A DNA stretch of 61,440 nt from Acidimicrobiia bacterium (lineage in GTDB: Bacteria > Actinomycetota > Acidimicrobiia > Spongiisociales > UBA11373), in assembly GCA_040878325.1 (NCBI GenBank), contig JBBDMM010000013.1:1-61440 (forward strand), in the 5' to 3' direction. This document shows positions 39,290 to 49,958 of the stretch, piece by piece. How positions within the stretch are numbered: the first letter of the stretch is position 1; each line of letters begins with the position of its first letter. The translations under genes and the position numbers were made by a program. The notes beneath the pieces are model-generated. The model saw only the letters and a program-made list of their open reading frames with translations, was not told the DNA's origin and did not search any database.

Positions 39290-40012
39290 TCACAGCTCCA
39301 GCAGCCCGAGTTGGACCGCGATCGGGAAGGAGAGGTTGCCGAGGACGATGAACCCGGTGAGCGCCAGTGCGATGTACCTCCGCCACCGGTTGAAGCCCGG
39401 GTGGTTCAGTCCGAGGCTCTGGAACATGCTCCAGGTGCCGTGGTAGAGGTGGAAACCGAGGGCGATGTTGGCCACTGCGTAGATCACCGCCGACACCGGC
39501 CGCTGCATACTGAGGATGAGATTGTCGTAGACCTCACCCCGGGCGAACCCATCCACTGCAGCCGGCTGCACCCCCCAGGTGAGGTCGGCTAGATGAAAGA
39601 AGATGAACAGCAGAACGATGGTGCCCGTCCACCGCATCGTCCGCGAGGCGTAGCTGGCGACCGCGTAGTCACGGTCCCGATACGCCCCTCCCCGGGCCTT
39701 CCAGTTGGTGTAGGTGAGTGAGTACGCCGCGTGCACGTGAAGCACGAAGGCGAGGAGCAGACCGCCCCTCATCAGCCACAACAGGCTGGTGCGCGGAACG
39801 AGGTGGCCGCCGAGGTCACGCAGGGCTTCGGCATAGGAGTTGATCTCGTCTTCGCCGAGATACACCTTCAAGTTGCCGACCAGATGAGCGATGAGGTAGG
39901 CGATCAGGACGATGCCGGTGACCGCCATCACCCACTTCTTGCCGATGGCCGACCGGTAGAAGCGGATTGGAAGCGGCGGGGTCCGGGGTGGCTTCGCGGT
40001 CGTCGTACTCAC
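39290..40012 (-). CDS. sdhC: Succinate dehydrogenase cytochrome b subunit
   Basis: [29 protein letters not shown] and [14 protein letters not shown]. Confidence 0.92.
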   Translation of the reverse strand: MSTTTAKPPRTPPLPIRFYRSAIGKKWVMAVTGIVLIAYLIAHLVGNLKVYLGEDEINSYAEALRDLGGHLVPRTSLLWLMRGGLLLAFVLHVHAAYSLTYTNWKARGGAYRDRDYAVASYASRTMRWTGTIVLLFIFFHLADLTWGVQPAAVDGFARGEVYDNLILSMQRPVSAVIYAVANIALGFHLYHGTWSMFQSLGLNHPGFNRWRRYIALALTGFIVLGNLSFPIAVQLGLLEL

Positions 40013-40102
40013 GGCTATCGCATTCTCGCGCGCTGAATCGACGGTGGCGAAGCCGATTGGCAGTCCTGCCGCCTCGCTCCCGCACCGATCTACCCTCCGA
40101 CG

Positions 40103-40975
40103 ATGCGCACACCCCCCAGACTGATGCCCGCGGTGGTCACCGCGTTCGATCACAAGGGCGAGCTGGACCTCGACGCCCACGGCCACAACGTCTCCCTGCT
40201 GACCTCCCGCGGCGTCCAAGGATTCGTCCTCGGCGGTTCCACCGGCGAAGGCCCGTACCTCGAATTGGGCGAGCGAACCCGGTTGGCCGCAGCCGCCCGG
40301 GCCGCCGCGCCCGACTCCTTCCTGATGGTGGGGTTGGCCGCAGAGTCGCTGCGATCGGCCCTGGCGCTGGCCGAGGAGGCTGCCCACGGTGGCGCCGACG
40401 CGGTCCTTGCCCTCACCCCCACCACCCTGGTGCGTCATCGACCCGATCTGGCCGAGGGGTTCTTCCGCGATCTGGCGGCGCGTTCTGCCCTTCCGATCTA
40501 CCTCTATTCGGTCCCGCCGGTCACCGGCGTGGAGGTCGCGCCTGAATCCGCCATTCGCCTCGCCGCCGAGGCAAATATCGTCGGCATGAAGGATTCAGGG
40601 GGGCATCCCGGCAGGATCTCGACGATCGCCCGGGAAGCGGGTTCGGAGTTCTCCGTTTTCTGCGGAGCCTCGGCCGCGATCGCCCTCAGCGTCACCGGCG
40701 GGGCGTTCGGCGCGATCACCGCCAGCGCCAACTATGCCCCTGCTCTGGCAGCACTTGTCGTCGAGAACGCTCGGCTCGGGTCCTCGATGGCCGAACAGGA
40801 TGCGCTGCGAGTGCTTGCTGCATCCGTCGAGCGGCACGGAGTCGCCGGAGTCAAGTACGCCGCATCCCGGGTGGGTCTGGTGACGGGCCCGCCGCGACGA
40901 CCGCTTCTCGAGCCGGACACCGCGGCGCGCCACGAGATCGATCGGGCGTTGGCCGCAGCCGCATTGACCGGCTGA
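40103..40975 (+). CDS. DHDPS/NAL family class I aldolase
   Basis: GGSTGEG, IYLYSVP and VGMKDSGG (Schiff-base Lys). Confidence 0.9.
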   Translation: MRTPPRLMPAVVTAFDHKGELDLDAHGHNVSLLTSRGVQGFVLGGSTGEGPYLELGERTRLAAAARAAAPDSFLMVGLAAESLRSALALAEEAAHGGADAVLALTPTTLVRHRPDLAEGFFRDLAARSALPIYLYSVPPVTGVEVAPESAIRLAAEANIVGMKDSGGHPGRISTIAREAGSEFSVFCGASAAIALSVTGGAFGAITASANYAPALAALVVENARLGSSMAEQDALRVLAASVERHGVAGVKYAASRVGLVTGPPRRPLLEPDTAARHEIDRALAAAALTG

Positions 40976-41028
40976 CGACCCCGAGCCGGCGGGTATCCTC
41001 CCGCTCCAGGACGGAGAAAGGACCCCCG

Positions 41029-41415
41029 TTGGCTAAGTTCCTCAGCAACGACTGGCTCGACGCTCTCAACGAGACGGTGAACGCCCACCAGGGTTTCCGC
41101 ACCGCAATCGCCAACACCGAGCTGACCCTCCAATTCGAGGTCCCGGACGCGCCCGACGGTGTGGAGAAGCGTTACTACCTGGAGATCCAGAATGGCGGCT
41201 TGACCGCAGCCGCCGGTGATGCCGAATCCCCCGATGCCACGATCACCAACAACTACGAGACCTCCGTGGCGCTGTCCAAGGGCGACTTGAACACCCAGAT
41301 GGCGTTCATGTCCGGCAAGCTCAAAGTGAGCGGCAACATGGCAAAGATCATGATGAACCAGGGGATGTTCAACGCATTCGCCGATGCCGCCTCGGGAGTG
41401 TCGGTCGAGTACTGA
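41029..41415 (+). CDS. SCP2 sterol/lipid-binding domain protein
   Basis: KFLSNDWL...PDATIT...MAFMSGKLKVSGNM. Confidence 0.9.
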   Translation: MAKFLSNDWLDALNETVNAHQGFRTAIANTELTLQFEVPDAPDGVEKRYYLEIQNGGLTAAAGDAESPDATITNNYETSVALSKGDLNTQMAFMSGKLKVSGNMAKIMMNQGMFNAFADAASGVSVEY

Positions 41416-41418
41416 GAG

Positions 41419-41462
41419 GGCCTCGCTGCGCTCGGCCCGCAATTGGCAATTCGCAATTTGGC
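41419..41462. repeat. Head plus heptamer repeat element
   Basis: GGCCTCGCTGCGCTCGGCCC GCAATTG GCAATTC GCAATTT. Confidence 0.8.
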
Positions 41463-41541
41463 CGACCGGAGGTCGGCCCAAGTCGGCCGTAGGCCGCCCG
41501 GCGATCTTGGCGATCGTCCAAGAGAACCAAGTTGGAAACGC

Positions 41542-41569
41542 GTGAGGGGCGCCCTGGGGCGCCCCTCAC
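41542..41569. terminator. Hairpin terminator between the convergent SCP2 gene and hup
   Basis: GTGAGGGGCGCCC/GGGCGCCCCTCAC. Confidence 0.7.
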
Positions 41570-41589
41570 CTCGTTCCGATTGGACTCGG

Positions 41590-41865
41590 TCAGTGGTTGA
41601 CCTGATCCTTCAGATTCTTCGCGGCCTTGAAGCCAGGAGCCTTGCTCGCCGCGATCTGGAGCGACTCGCCGGTCCGCGGGTTGCGACCGGTGCGAGCCGG
41701 ACGATTCCGGACCTCGAACTTGCCGAAACCTGACACCTGCACCTCGTCGCCCTTGGCGAGCGCCTTGGAGATCGCCTCGAATACGGCGTCCACCGCCGCG
41801 GCGCCCATCGCCTTCGAGCCTCCAAACGACGTACCTACGGCGTCGCCGAGCTCTTTCTTGTTCAT
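41590..41865 (-). CDS. hup: HU DNA-binding protein
   Basis: MNKKEL...GFGKFEVRNRPARTGRNPRTGE...PGFKAAKNLKD. Confidence 0.96.
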   Translation of the reverse strand: MNKKELGDAVGTSFGGSKAMGAAAVDAVFEAISKALAKGDEVQVSGFGKFEVRNRPARTGRNPRTGESLQIAASKAPGFKAAKNLKDQVNH

Positions 41866-42043
41866 TGGAATTCCTCCTCTAAAGGGAATCACATCGATGT
41901 GACTGTATACCCGATCCACGACAGAATGCCACATTTCAAACCGGAAAGTGTTGATTTGCTTGCGGAACCGTGGCGAGGGCGGCGGCTGCGCCGCCCACTT
42001 CGGCGATTGGCGAGTCCGGCGAGGCGTATCGGCTCTCGTGGCC

Positions 42044-42973
42044 TCAAAGAGCCTCGAGTTCAGCCACCTTTTCCTTCACCGCTGCGGCCGCCGACCTGAG
42101 CTCGGCCAGTTCTTGGCCGGTCAGCGGCAATTCGACGATCTTGGTGACGCCACCGGCCCCGATCTGAGCAGGAACGCCGAGATATACGTCCGCTACGCCA
42201 TACTCGCCCGTAGTCCAGGCACAAACCGGCATGGTCTCGTTGGAGTCGAGAAGAACCGCCTTCACCATCTTCGCCGCTGCCGATGACGGGGCGTAATAGG
42301 CGCTTCCGGTCTTGAGGAGGGCCACGATTTCCGCTCCGCCGTCGCGGGTCCTGGCGACGAGATCGTCGATGGCCGAGGCGTCCAACACCTCGGTGAGGGG
42401 CTTGCCCCCGACCCGACACTGGGAGGGCACGGGCACCATCGTCTCACCGTGGCTCCCCAGAGTCAGCGCCTCCACCGACAGAATGTCCGCCCCGGTGTGC
42501 TCAGCGATGAAGTGGGCGAACCGGGCACTGTCGAGATTGCCTGCCTGGCCGATCACCTGCGAACGAGGGAAACCCGATACGTCGGCGGCCAGGGTCGTCA
42601 TCTGGTCCAAAGGGTTGGTGACGACGATCAGTACGGCATCTGGCGACGCCGTCGCCACCTGTTCGACGACCTCCCGGATGATCTTGGCGTTCACTCCGAG
42701 CAGGTCCATCCGGCTCATGCCCGGCTTGCGAGGGAGTCCGGCCGTGATCACCACCACGTCGCTGCCGGCGGTGTCGGCGTAGTCGTTGGTCCCGGTGACC
42801 TTGGTGCGATACCCCTCGAGCGGCCTGGACTGATTCATATCCAGCGCCAATCCCTGAGGCAGTCCCTCGACGATGTCGGTCATCACCACTTCGGCGGTGA
42901 CATCGGCCTCGGCGATGCGCTGGGCAGTCGTCGAACCGTACTTGCCCGCACCCACCACGGTCACCTTGGTCAT
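42044..42973 (-). CDS. mdh: Malate dehydrogenase (LDH-like)
   Basis: VVGAGKYG, TAGLPRKPGMSRMDL, VTNPLD and LGSHGE. Confidence 0.96.
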   Translation of the reverse strand: MTKVTVVGAGKYGSTTAQRIAEADVTAEVVMTDIVEGLPQGLALDMNQSRPLEGYRTKVTGTNDYADTAGSDVVVITAGLPRKPGMSRMDLLGVNAKIIREVVEQVATASPDAVLIVVTNPLDQMTTLAADVSGFPRSQVIGQAGNLDSARFAHFIAEHTGADILSVEALTLGSHGETMVPVPSQCRVGGKPLTEVLDASAIDDLVARTRDGGAEIVALLKTGSAYYAPSSAAAKMVKAVLLDSNETMPVCAWTTGEYGVADVYLGVPAQIGAGGVTKIVELPLTGQELAELRSAAAAVKEKVAELEAL

Positions 42974-43056
42974 TGTGCCCTCCACTGGCTGAATTCGAGG
43001 TGAGCGTAACCGCGGCCTGTACGCGGTCCGCAGAGGCAAATGGCCATGCGCCGGCC

Positions 43057-43476
43057 TCAGCCGGTCGCCACCAGCCCCAACGACGCCATCAGCGCTCGCA
43101 CCCGGCCCTCGATGTCCTCGCTGATCGACCTGACCACCTCGATTGGCTGGCCAGCCGGGTCGGCCAACTCCCAATCCTCATATCGTGGGCCGGGGACAAC
43201 GGGGCACTCGTCGCCGCATCCCATCGTGACAACCACATCGGCAGCCGCGATCTCATCCAGTGTCCACGCCCGGGGGCTGTTGCCGGCGATGTCGATCCCC
43301 GCGTCAGCCATCACCTCGACCGCCACCGGGTTGATCGAGACGGCGGGTTCCGAACCACCGGACAGCACCACGACCTGGTCGCGAGCCAGGTGACCCAGCC
43401 ACCCGGCAGCCATCTGTGACCGTCCCGCGTTGTGAACACATAGGAACAACACGGTCGGCTGGCTGCCGGAACTCAC
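43057..43476 (-). CDS. arsC: Arsenate reductase ArsC (LMW-PTP fold)
   Basis: [24 protein letters not shown] and [12 protein letters not shown] overlap with icd. Confidence 0.9.
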   Translation of the reverse strand: MSSGSQPTVLFLCVHNAGRSQMAAGWLGHLARDQVVVLSGGSEPAVSINPVAVEVMADAGIDIAGNSPRAWTLDEIAAADVVVTMGCGDECPVVPGPRYEDWELADPAGQPIEVVRSISEDIEGRVRALMASLGLVATG

Positions 43477-44675
43477 AGCCGCTCGATCACCGCGTCGGCG
43501 AACCCGCTGGTGCTCACCTCGGTGGGTGCCTGCATCATCCGGGCGAAGTCGTAGGTGACCACCCCGTCGCCGATCGCCGCCTCGATACCGTGCTCGATGC
43601 GGTCGGCGGCATCCCCCCAACCGATGTAGCGCAGCATGAGCGCGCCCGACAGGATCACCGAACCGGGGTTCACCTTGTCCTGACCGGCGTATTTCGGCGC
43701 GGTGCCGTGGGTGGCCTCGAACACGGCGTGTCCGGTGTCGTAGTTGATGTTGGCCCCCGGGGCGATGCCGATGCCGCCCACCTGGGCGGCGAGGGCATCA
43801 CTGATGTAGTCCCCGTTGAGGTTCATCGTGGCAATGACGTCGTAGTCGTCGCCCCGAGTGAGGATCTGCTGGAGGAAGGCGTCTGCGATCGAGTCCTTGA
43901 TCAACATCCGCTCACCAGGCGTGCCGCCGCACTCCTCCCAGGAGACGGTCCGGTCGCCGAATTCGTCCTTCGCCACCTCGTAGCCCCAACCTCGAAAGGC
44001 GCCCTCGGTGAACTTCATGATGTTCCCCTTGTGAACCAGCGTCACCGATCTCCGCTTATTGGCCAGGGCGTACCGGATCGCCGCTCGTACCAGGCGCTTG
44101 GTACCCGTCTCGGAAATCGGCTTGATCCCGATGCCGCTGTCGGGGCGGATCTGCCAGCCCATTTCGGCCTCCAGGAACTCGAGGAGCCGAACCGCCTCGG
44201 GGGTCCCGGCGGCCACCTCCAAACCCGCATACACGTCCTCGGTGTTCTCGCGGAAGATCACCATGTCGATCTTCTCAGGATGGAGGACCGGCGAGGGGAC
44301 ACCCCGATACCAGCGGACGGGCCGCACGCATGCGTACAGGTCCATGATCTGGCGGATGGCGACGTTGAGGCTGCGGATCCCGCCTCCGATCGGGGTCGTG
44401 AGCGGCCCCTTGATCCCCACCAGGTGATCGCGCAGGGAGTCGATCGTGGATTGGGGAAGCCACTCACCGGTCTCGTCGAAGCCCTTCTGCCCGGCGAGAA
44501 CCTCCACCCACTCGATCCGGCGCTTCCCCGAGTACGCCCGCTCCACCGCCGCATCGAAGACCCGACTGGCGGCCCCCCAGATGTCAGGGCCGATCCCATC
44601 CCCTTCGATGAACGGGATCATCGGCTCGTCCGGGACTGCCAGGCCGTCGGTTCCAATGGTGATCTTCGAAGGCAT
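43473..44675 (-). CDS. icd: NADP-dependent isocitrate dehydrogenase
   Basis: [37 protein letters not shown] and [12 protein letters not shown]. Confidence 0.97.
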   Translation of the reverse strand: MPSKITIGTDGLAVPDEPMIPFIEGDGIGPDIWGAASRVFDAAVERAYSGKRRIEWVEVLAGQKGFDETGEWLPQSTIDSLRDHLVGIKGPLTTPIGGGIRSLNVAIRQIMDLYACVRPVRWYRGVPSPVLHPEKIDMVIFRENTEDVYAGLEVAAGTPEAVRLLEFLEAEMGWQIRPDSGIGIKPISETGTKRLVRAAIRYALANKRRSVTLVHKGNIMKFTEGAFRGWGYEVAKDEFGDRTVSWEECGGTPGERMLIKDSIADAFLQQILTRGDDYDVIATMNLNGDYISDALAAQVGGIGIAPGANINYDTGHAVFEATHGTAPKYAGQDKVNPGSVILSGALMLRYIGWGDAADRIEHGIEAAIGDGVVTYDFARMMQAPTEVSTSGFADAVIERL

Positions 44676-44747
44676 TTGCTCCTCGCGTGACGGCGACCGG
44701 TTGATTATCGCGGCTCCCCGGCGGGTGCCCGCCACCAGCACGGCGCG

Positions 44748-45602
44748 CTAGCGAACAGATCCCTCGGCCAGGGCCACCGTGTTGAACAGCAGGCCGGCGA
44801 TCGTCATCGGGCCGACGCCTCCAGGGACCGGGGTGACCCCTGCCGCCACCTCCACCACCTCGTCATAGACACAATCACCCACCAGGCCACCATCGACCCG
44901 GGTGGTGCCGGCATCCACCACGAACGCGCCCGGTTTGACGTGCCGCCCGCTGATCAGGCCGGGTCGCCCGGCGGCGACGAATAGCAGGTCGGCCCGGGCG
45001 GTCACCTCGTCCAGATCGGATGTGGCGGTGTGGGCCAGGGTGACTGTCGCGTCTCTCCCTTTGAGACCAAGCATCACGGCCAGGGGTCGGCCCACGAGCG
45101 TCGATCGCCCTACGACCACGGCCCGGGCGCCGCGGGTCTCGATCCCGTAGTGATCGAGCAGGCGGAGGATCCCGGTAGGGGTGGCGGGCCGCGGTCCCGG
45201 CACATTGCTGACCATGCGACCGAGGTTCACCGGATGGAGACCATCGGCGTCCTTGTCGGGATCCATCCCACCGAGGACCGGAGCGGGATCGAGATGGCCC
45301 GAAAGCGGCAGCTGGACGATGTAGCCATCGACCTCGGCATCGCCGTTGAGCCGTTCGACGGCCTCCTCCACCTCCCGCTGGGAGGCGCTCGCCGGTAGCC
45401 GCAGGTCGAAGGAGCGCATCCCGGCAGCCTCCGCCGCCTGGTGCTTGTTGCGCACATAGACCGCCGACGCCGGGTCGTCACCGACCAGGAGGGTCGCCAG
45501 ACCCACCCTCTTCCCTTCGGCGGCCAAAGCCCCCACCCTGCCGGCGATCTCGGCGCGCCACACCGCAGCCGCTTCGGTTCCGGAAAGTACGCGCGCGGTC
45601 AT
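44748..45602 (-). CDS. folD: Methylenetetrahydrofolate dehydrogenase/cyclohydrolase
   Basis: VGDDPASAVYVRNK, VQLPL, KDADG and TPVPGGVGPMT. Confidence 0.96.
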   Translation of the reverse strand: MTARVLSGTEAAAVWRAEIAGRVGALAAEGKRVGLATLLVGDDPASAVYVRNKHQAAEAAGMRSFDLRLPASASQREVEEAVERLNGDAEVDGYIVQLPLSGHLDPAPVLGGMDPDKDADGLHPVNLGRMVSNVPGPRPATPTGILRLLDHYGIETRGARAVVVGRSTLVGRPLAVMLGLKGRDATVTLAHTATSDLDEVTARADLLFVAAGRPGLISGRHVKPGAFVVDAGTTRVDGGLVGDCVYDEVVEVAAGVTPVPGGVGPMTIAGLLFNTVALAEGSVR

Positions 45603-45626
45603 TGGCGGGAGTGTATGGCGCAAGCG

Positions 45627-45780
45627 GCCACCCGCCTCCCGCCACCCGCCTCCCGCAAGAACCAAGAATCAAGACCCAAGAGCCAAGTCAAGGTAGAGAC
45701 TTGCCGCTAGAAGGGTTCAAGCTCGCAACGTTGCGACCAATGCGTTGCGCATTGCGCATCGCGGTCCGAGCGGAGAGGCC
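45627..45780. repeat. Composite heptamer locus
   Basis: (GCCACCC GCCTCCC)x2, then CAAGAAC CAAGAAT CAAGACC CAAGAGC, then a reverse-oriented head element GGCCTCTCCGCTCGGACC with GCGATGC/GCAATGC units. Confidence 0.8.
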
Positions 45781-45786
45781 CCCAGC

Positions 45787-46437
45787 TCAACTCTGGCGCA
45801 GTACGTCGCGGATCATCGAGATCACGGTCCCCACCGCTCCGAGGTTGTAGCCCTCGGGAATCACGATGTCGGCATATCGCTTCGACGGCTCCACGAACTG
45901 GAGGTGCATCGGGCGCACCGTCTCGAGGTACTGCGCTCGGACCGACTCGAAAGTACGGCCCCGCTCGTTGATGTCTCGGGCGAGACGGCGCACGATCCGC
46001 AGGTCGGCATCGGTGTCGACATACACCTTCAGGTCCATCAGGTCGCGTAGGTCGGGCTCGTAGAGGACCACGATGCCCTCGACCACCACCACCGGCTTCG
46101 GCTCCACCGCAACGGTCTCCAGCGCCCGGTTGTGCACGGTGAAGTCGTACACCGGACGCTGAATCGCGTTTCCCTCGAGCAGGCTCTTCAGGTGGCCCAC
46201 CAGCAGGTCGGTCTCCAGCGAATCGGGGTGGTCGTAGTTGACCTTCGCCCGCTCCTCGAGTGGCAGGTGGGTGAGGTCGCGGTAGTACGCGTCGTGCTGG
46301 ATGAGGGTGACGCTGTCCTCACCGATCGACCCGACGATCGACTCGGCGATCGTCGTCTTGCCCGATCCCGACCCGCCGGCGATCCCGATGATCAAGGGCC
46401 CGGCCGTCGGCCACGACCGCAGCGGAAGAGGAGGCAT
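45787..46437 (-). CDS. udk: Uridine kinase
   Basis: IGIAGGSGSGKTT, NYDHPDS, RRLARDINERGR and EPSKRYADIVIPEG. Confidence 0.96.
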   Translation of the reverse strand: MPPLPLRSWPTAGPLIIGIAGGSGSGKTTIAESIVGSIGEDSVTLIQHDAYYRDLTHLPLEERAKVNYDHPDSLETDLLVGHLKSLLEGNAIQRPVYDFTVHNRALETVAVEPKPVVVVEGIVVLYEPDLRDLMDLKVYVDTDADLRIVRRLARDINERGRTFESVRAQYLETVRPMHLQFVEPSKRYADIVIPEGYNLGAVGTVISMIRDVLRQS

Positions 46438-46510
46438 GGGCAGACAATACCTGCGTGGCCCAGACCGCCACCAGGTGCGTTCTGGGCCTCATTTCTGCTG
46501 GACTAGGCGA

Positions 46511-47755
46511 ATGGGACCACCGTTCGCCGAGAGCCTGCCACTCGTCTTCCTGCTCGGAGCCCTCATCGTGATTGCGGTGTTCCTCGCGGCCACGGAGGCC
46601 GCGCTGCTCCGGGTGTCGTCGGTCAAGGCAAGGGTTCTCGCGGATGAGGGCGACAAACGGGCGGCGCGAGTAGTCGCCCTCATCGACGATCTCCCCCGCG
46701 TGCTGAATTCGGTGCTCCTGGTGGTGTTGCTCACCCAGATCGGGGCAGCGACGTTGGCGGGGGTGATCGCCGATCGGCACTTCGGCAGCCTCGGGGTGAC
46801 ACTGGCTTCGATCGGCCTCACGTTTGTGATGTTCGTGTACTCGGAGGCGATTCCGAAGACGATCGCGGTCCGCCGGCCTCTCTTCGTCGCCCGCCTCGTG
46901 GCCGGTCCGGTTCTGTTCCTCATCAGACCGCTGGGGCCGGTGGTGAGCGCCTTGATCTGGTTCGCCGACCTCCAGGCTCCAGGACGGGGAGTCACCACCT
47001 CGGCCTCGGTCACCGAGGCGGAGCTCCGGCGCATGGCCGCGGACGCTCAGGAGGCGGGAGAGATCGAAACGTCGGACTTCGAGCTGATCGAGCGGGCATT
47101 TCGGGTCGGAGACGCCACGATCGCCGAGGTCGTCGTCCCCCGGACCGCAGTGGTGGCGGTAGCGGCGACGGAATCGATGGCGAGTGCGCTCGACATCGCT
47201 CTGGAGTCCGGCCACCGCAGGCTCCCCGTGTACGAGACAACCATCGATGAGATCACCGGAGTGGTGCGGCTCCGAGACCTTGCTGCGGCTGTTGCCGACG
47301 GCATCGGCGGAAGCATCGCATCGCTCCAGCAGGCGCCTCTGTTCATACCGGAGACCCGTCGGGTGGTGGATGTCCTCCGCGACATGCAGGAGCAGGGGAA
47401 CACCATCGCGGTGGTCGTCGACGAACACGGCGGGACGGCGGGCATCGTCACCGTCGAGGACATCGTCGAGGAACTAGTCGGGGCAATCGCCGACAGCGAG
47501 GGGGCGATGCCCGAGATCCGCGCCATCGGCCCCGGCCGCTGGGTGGTGCGAGGTTCGGCCGACATCGATGATCTCGAACTCGCATTGGGCACCAAGCTGC
47601 CCCGGGGTGATTACCACACCGTGGCCGGGCTCATCTTGGCGACGACCGGCCGCATCCCGCATGCTGGCGAGGAGTTGACGGTCGGGGACCACCACCTGCG
47701 GGTGGCCGAGGCGAGCCGCCGCCGCGTTCGGCTGGTCGAGGTCCGAGAAAAGTAG
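46511..47755 (+). CDS. CNNM/hemolysin family protein (DUF21-CBS-CorC)
   Basis: AATEAALL, SEAIPKT, HRRLPVYE and VVDEHGGTAGIVTVEDIVEELVG. Confidence 0.93.
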   Translation: MGPPFAESLPLVFLLGALIVIAVFLAATEAALLRVSSVKARVLADEGDKRAARVVALIDDLPRVLNSVLLVVLLTQIGAATLAGVIADRHFGSLGVTLASIGLTFVMFVYSEAIPKTIAVRRPLFVARLVAGPVLFLIRPLGPVVSALIWFADLQAPGRGVTTSASVTEAELRRMAADAQEAGEIETSDFELIERAFRVGDATIAEVVVPRTAVVAVAATESMASALDIALESGHRRLPVYETTIDEITGVVRLRDLAAAVADGIGGSIASLQQAPLFIPETRRVVDVLRDMQEQGNTIAVVVDEHGGTAGIVTVEDIVEELVGAIADSEGAMPEIRAIGPGRWVVRGSADIDDLELALGTKLPRGDYHTVAGLILATTGRIPHAGEELTVGDHHLRVAEASRRRVRLVEVREK

Positions 47756-47778
47756 CGGACGGGGCCAGCGGACTGGAG

Positions 47779-48651
47779 TCAGATCCTGCCGGCGACTGCC
47801 TCGCCGATCATGGTGGGGTCGTCGACCACGGTTACCCCGGCGCTCTCCAGCGCCTCCTGCTTGGCGGCGGCGGTTCCGCTCGAACCGCTGATGATCGCCC
47901 CAGCGTGACCCATCTTCTTTCCGACGGGGGCGGTGAACCCGGCGATGTAGCCGATGACCGGCTTCGACACGTGATCGCGGATGAACTCTGCGGCCTGCTC
48001 CTCGGCGCTACCCCCGATCTCCCCGATCATGACGATCGCCCGGGTCTCGGGGTCCGCCTCGAATCGGGCGAGGACGTCGACGAAGGTAGTCCCCGGCACC
48101 GGGTCGCCCCCGATACCCACACACGTCGACTGCCCCAGGCCGCGCATCGTGAGTTCATGGATCGCCTGATAAGTGAGCGTGCCCGATCGCGACACCACCC
48201 CGATCGGTCCCGGCATGGTGATCTCGCCGGGCGTGATACCGCAGTTGGCCTTGCCGGGGGAAATGAGCCCGGGACAGTTGGGGCCGATGAGGGGAGTCCG
48301 ACTGGTCTGTTGGATGTAGTTGTACAACCGGGCCTCATCTTGGGCAGGAATGCCCTCGGTGATCGCGACGATCAGTTCGATCCCTTCCGCCGCAGCAGCC
48401 TCGAGGATGCCGTCGGCGGCAAAGGCCGGAGGAACGAAAGTCATCGCGGTGTTGGCGCCGGTGGCGGCGACCGCCTCGGACATCGTGTCGAAGATGGGGA
48501 CGCCGGCCAGGTCGGTTCCACCCTTGCCGGGAGTCACCCCCGCCACGAGGTTGGTGCCATATGCCTTGTTCCTGAAACCGTGGAAACGGCCCTGGGAGCC
48601 GGTGAGGCCCTGGACGACCAGGCGGGTGGATTCGTCGATGTAGATGGACAT
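47779..48651 (-). CDS. sucD: Succinyl-CoA ligase alpha subunit
   Basis: [23 protein letters not shown] and KMGHAGAII. Confidence 0.97.
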   Translation of the reverse strand: MSIYIDESTRLVVQGLTGSQGRFHGFRNKAYGTNLVAGVTPGKGGTDLAGVPIFDTMSEAVAATGANTAMTFVPPAFAADGILEAAAAEGIELIVAITEGIPAQDEARLYNYIQQTSRTPLIGPNCPGLISPGKANCGITPGEITMPGPIGVVSRSGTLTYQAIHELTMRGLGQSTCVGIGGDPVPGTTFVDVLARFEADPETRAIVMIGEIGGSAEEQAAEFIRDHVSKPVIGYIAGFTAPVGKKMGHAGAIISGSSGTAAAKQEALESAGVTVVDDPTMIGEAVAGRI

Positions 48652-48655
48652 CAGA

Positions 48656-48760
48656 GCCTCGCTTCGCTCGGCGGCGATTGGCGATTGGCGATTGGCAATT
48701 GGCAATAAGCGGGTCCCGCTTCGCTCGATTGCGAATCGCGAATCGCTGATCGCAGTTCGC
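48656..48760. repeat. Head plus inverted heptamer arms between sucC and sucD
   Basis: GCCTCGCTTCGCTCGG (GCGATTG)x3 GCAATTG ... CGCTTCGCTC ... GCGAATC GCGAATC GCTGATC GCAGTTC. Confidence 0.85.
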
Positions 48761-48799
48761 AAGAACACCAAGGACCCTCTCGGGTCGGAGGACGGAGAC

Positions 48800-49948
48800 T
48801 CATCGGCCGCCTCCGGCCAGGGCTACGGCTTTTTCGGCGGCTTCGCGCATGGTGGCGGCGGGGACGATCATGTCCGAGGCGACGCCGGCGAGCATCTCTC
48901 TCGCTTCCTTGGCATTGGTCCCGTCGAGGCGTACCACCAGCGGCCACGGCAGGTCGAGAGTGCCCGCCGCTTCGATGATCCCGCCGGTGACCTGATCACA
49001 ACGAGTGATCCCCCCGAAGATATTGATGAGCACCACCCGCACCGACGGATCGTGGGTGAGCACCTCGAGGGCATTCTTCATCGTCTCCTCGCCCGCTCCT
49101 CCTCCAACGTCGAGGAAGTTGGCGGCCTTGCCGCCGACAAGCGAAACGAGGTCCAGGGTCGACATGACCAGACCTGCTCCGTTGCCGATGATTCCCACCG
49201 AGCCTTCCAGCTTGATGAAGTTGAGGCCCTGGGCGCGGGCCATCGCCTCGATCGGATCGACGGTGAACGCCTCGCTGAACACGGCGAACTCGGGATGACG
49301 GAAGAAGGCGTTGGAATCGAGAGTGACCTTTGCGTCCAAGGCCACTATCTCGCCGTCGCCGGTAAGGATCAGCGGATTGACCTCGACCAGGTCGCAGTCG
49401 AGCGAAACGAATGCCTCGTACAACGACTGCAGCGCCGCCGCCGACTTGCGTGCGGTGGCGCGATCGAACCCGGCCCGATAGACCAGCTCCGAGGCCTGCC
49501 AGTTGGTCAGCCCCACCACCGGGTCGATGTGCATCACTACGACTGCCTCGGGCTCCTCCGCCGCCACCGCTTCGATGTCCATGCCCCCTCGCGCCGACAC
49601 CATCGCGAGGTGCTTGCGGGCGGCTCGGTCCAAGGTGAATGACGCGTAGTACTCGGCGGCGATGTCCGAGGCTTTCTCGACCCACAGGCGATGAACGACG
49701 TGACCCTTGATGTCCAGACCAAGGATCTCCTCGGCCCGCGCTTCCGCTTCGTCTGGCCCCTCGGCCAGCTTGATCCCGCCCGCCTTGCCCCTGCCTCCCA
49801 CCTGCACCTGGGCCTTCACCACCACTCGCCCGCCGAGCTTCTCAGCAGCAGCGCGAGCCTCGGCAGGCGTGGTTGCCACCATTCCCTCGGGCACGTTCAC
49901 CCCGAGACGGGCGAAAAGCTCCTTGCCTTGATATTCGAAGAGATCCAC
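48800..49948 (-). CDS. sucC: Succinyl-CoA ligase beta subunit
   Basis: [31 protein letters not shown] and [10 protein letters not shown]. Confidence 0.97.
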   Translation of the reverse strand: MDLFEYQGKELFARLGVNVPEGMVATTPAEARAAAEKLGGRVVVKAQVQVGGRGKAGGIKLAEGPDEAEARAEEILGLDIKGHVVHRLWVEKASDIAAEYYASFTLDRAARKHLAMVSARGGMDIEAVAAEEPEAVVVMHIDPVVGLTNWQASELVYRAGFDRATARKSAAALQSLYEAFVSLDCDLVEVNPLILTGDGEIVALDAKVTLDSNAFFRHPEFAVFSEAFTVDPIEAMARAQGLNFIKLEGSVGIIGNGAGLVMSTLDLVSLVGGKAANFLDVGGGAGEETMKNALEVLTHDPSVRVVLINIFGGITRCDQVTGGIIEAAGTLDLPWPLVVRLDGTNAKEAREMLAGVASDMIVPAATMREAAEKAVALAGGGR

Positions 49949-49958
49949 CGGCGCCCTC

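Noticed and set aside
36289..39351. 1020-aa ORF on the + strand
   Set aside because: Antisense shadow of sdhBA. High-GC codon bias removes stops on the opposite strand, and it has no recognisable motifs.
48656..48760. CRISPR array interpretation of the repeat loci
   Set aside because: The units are 7-bp tandem repeats without unique 30-40 bp spacers, and no cas genes are present.
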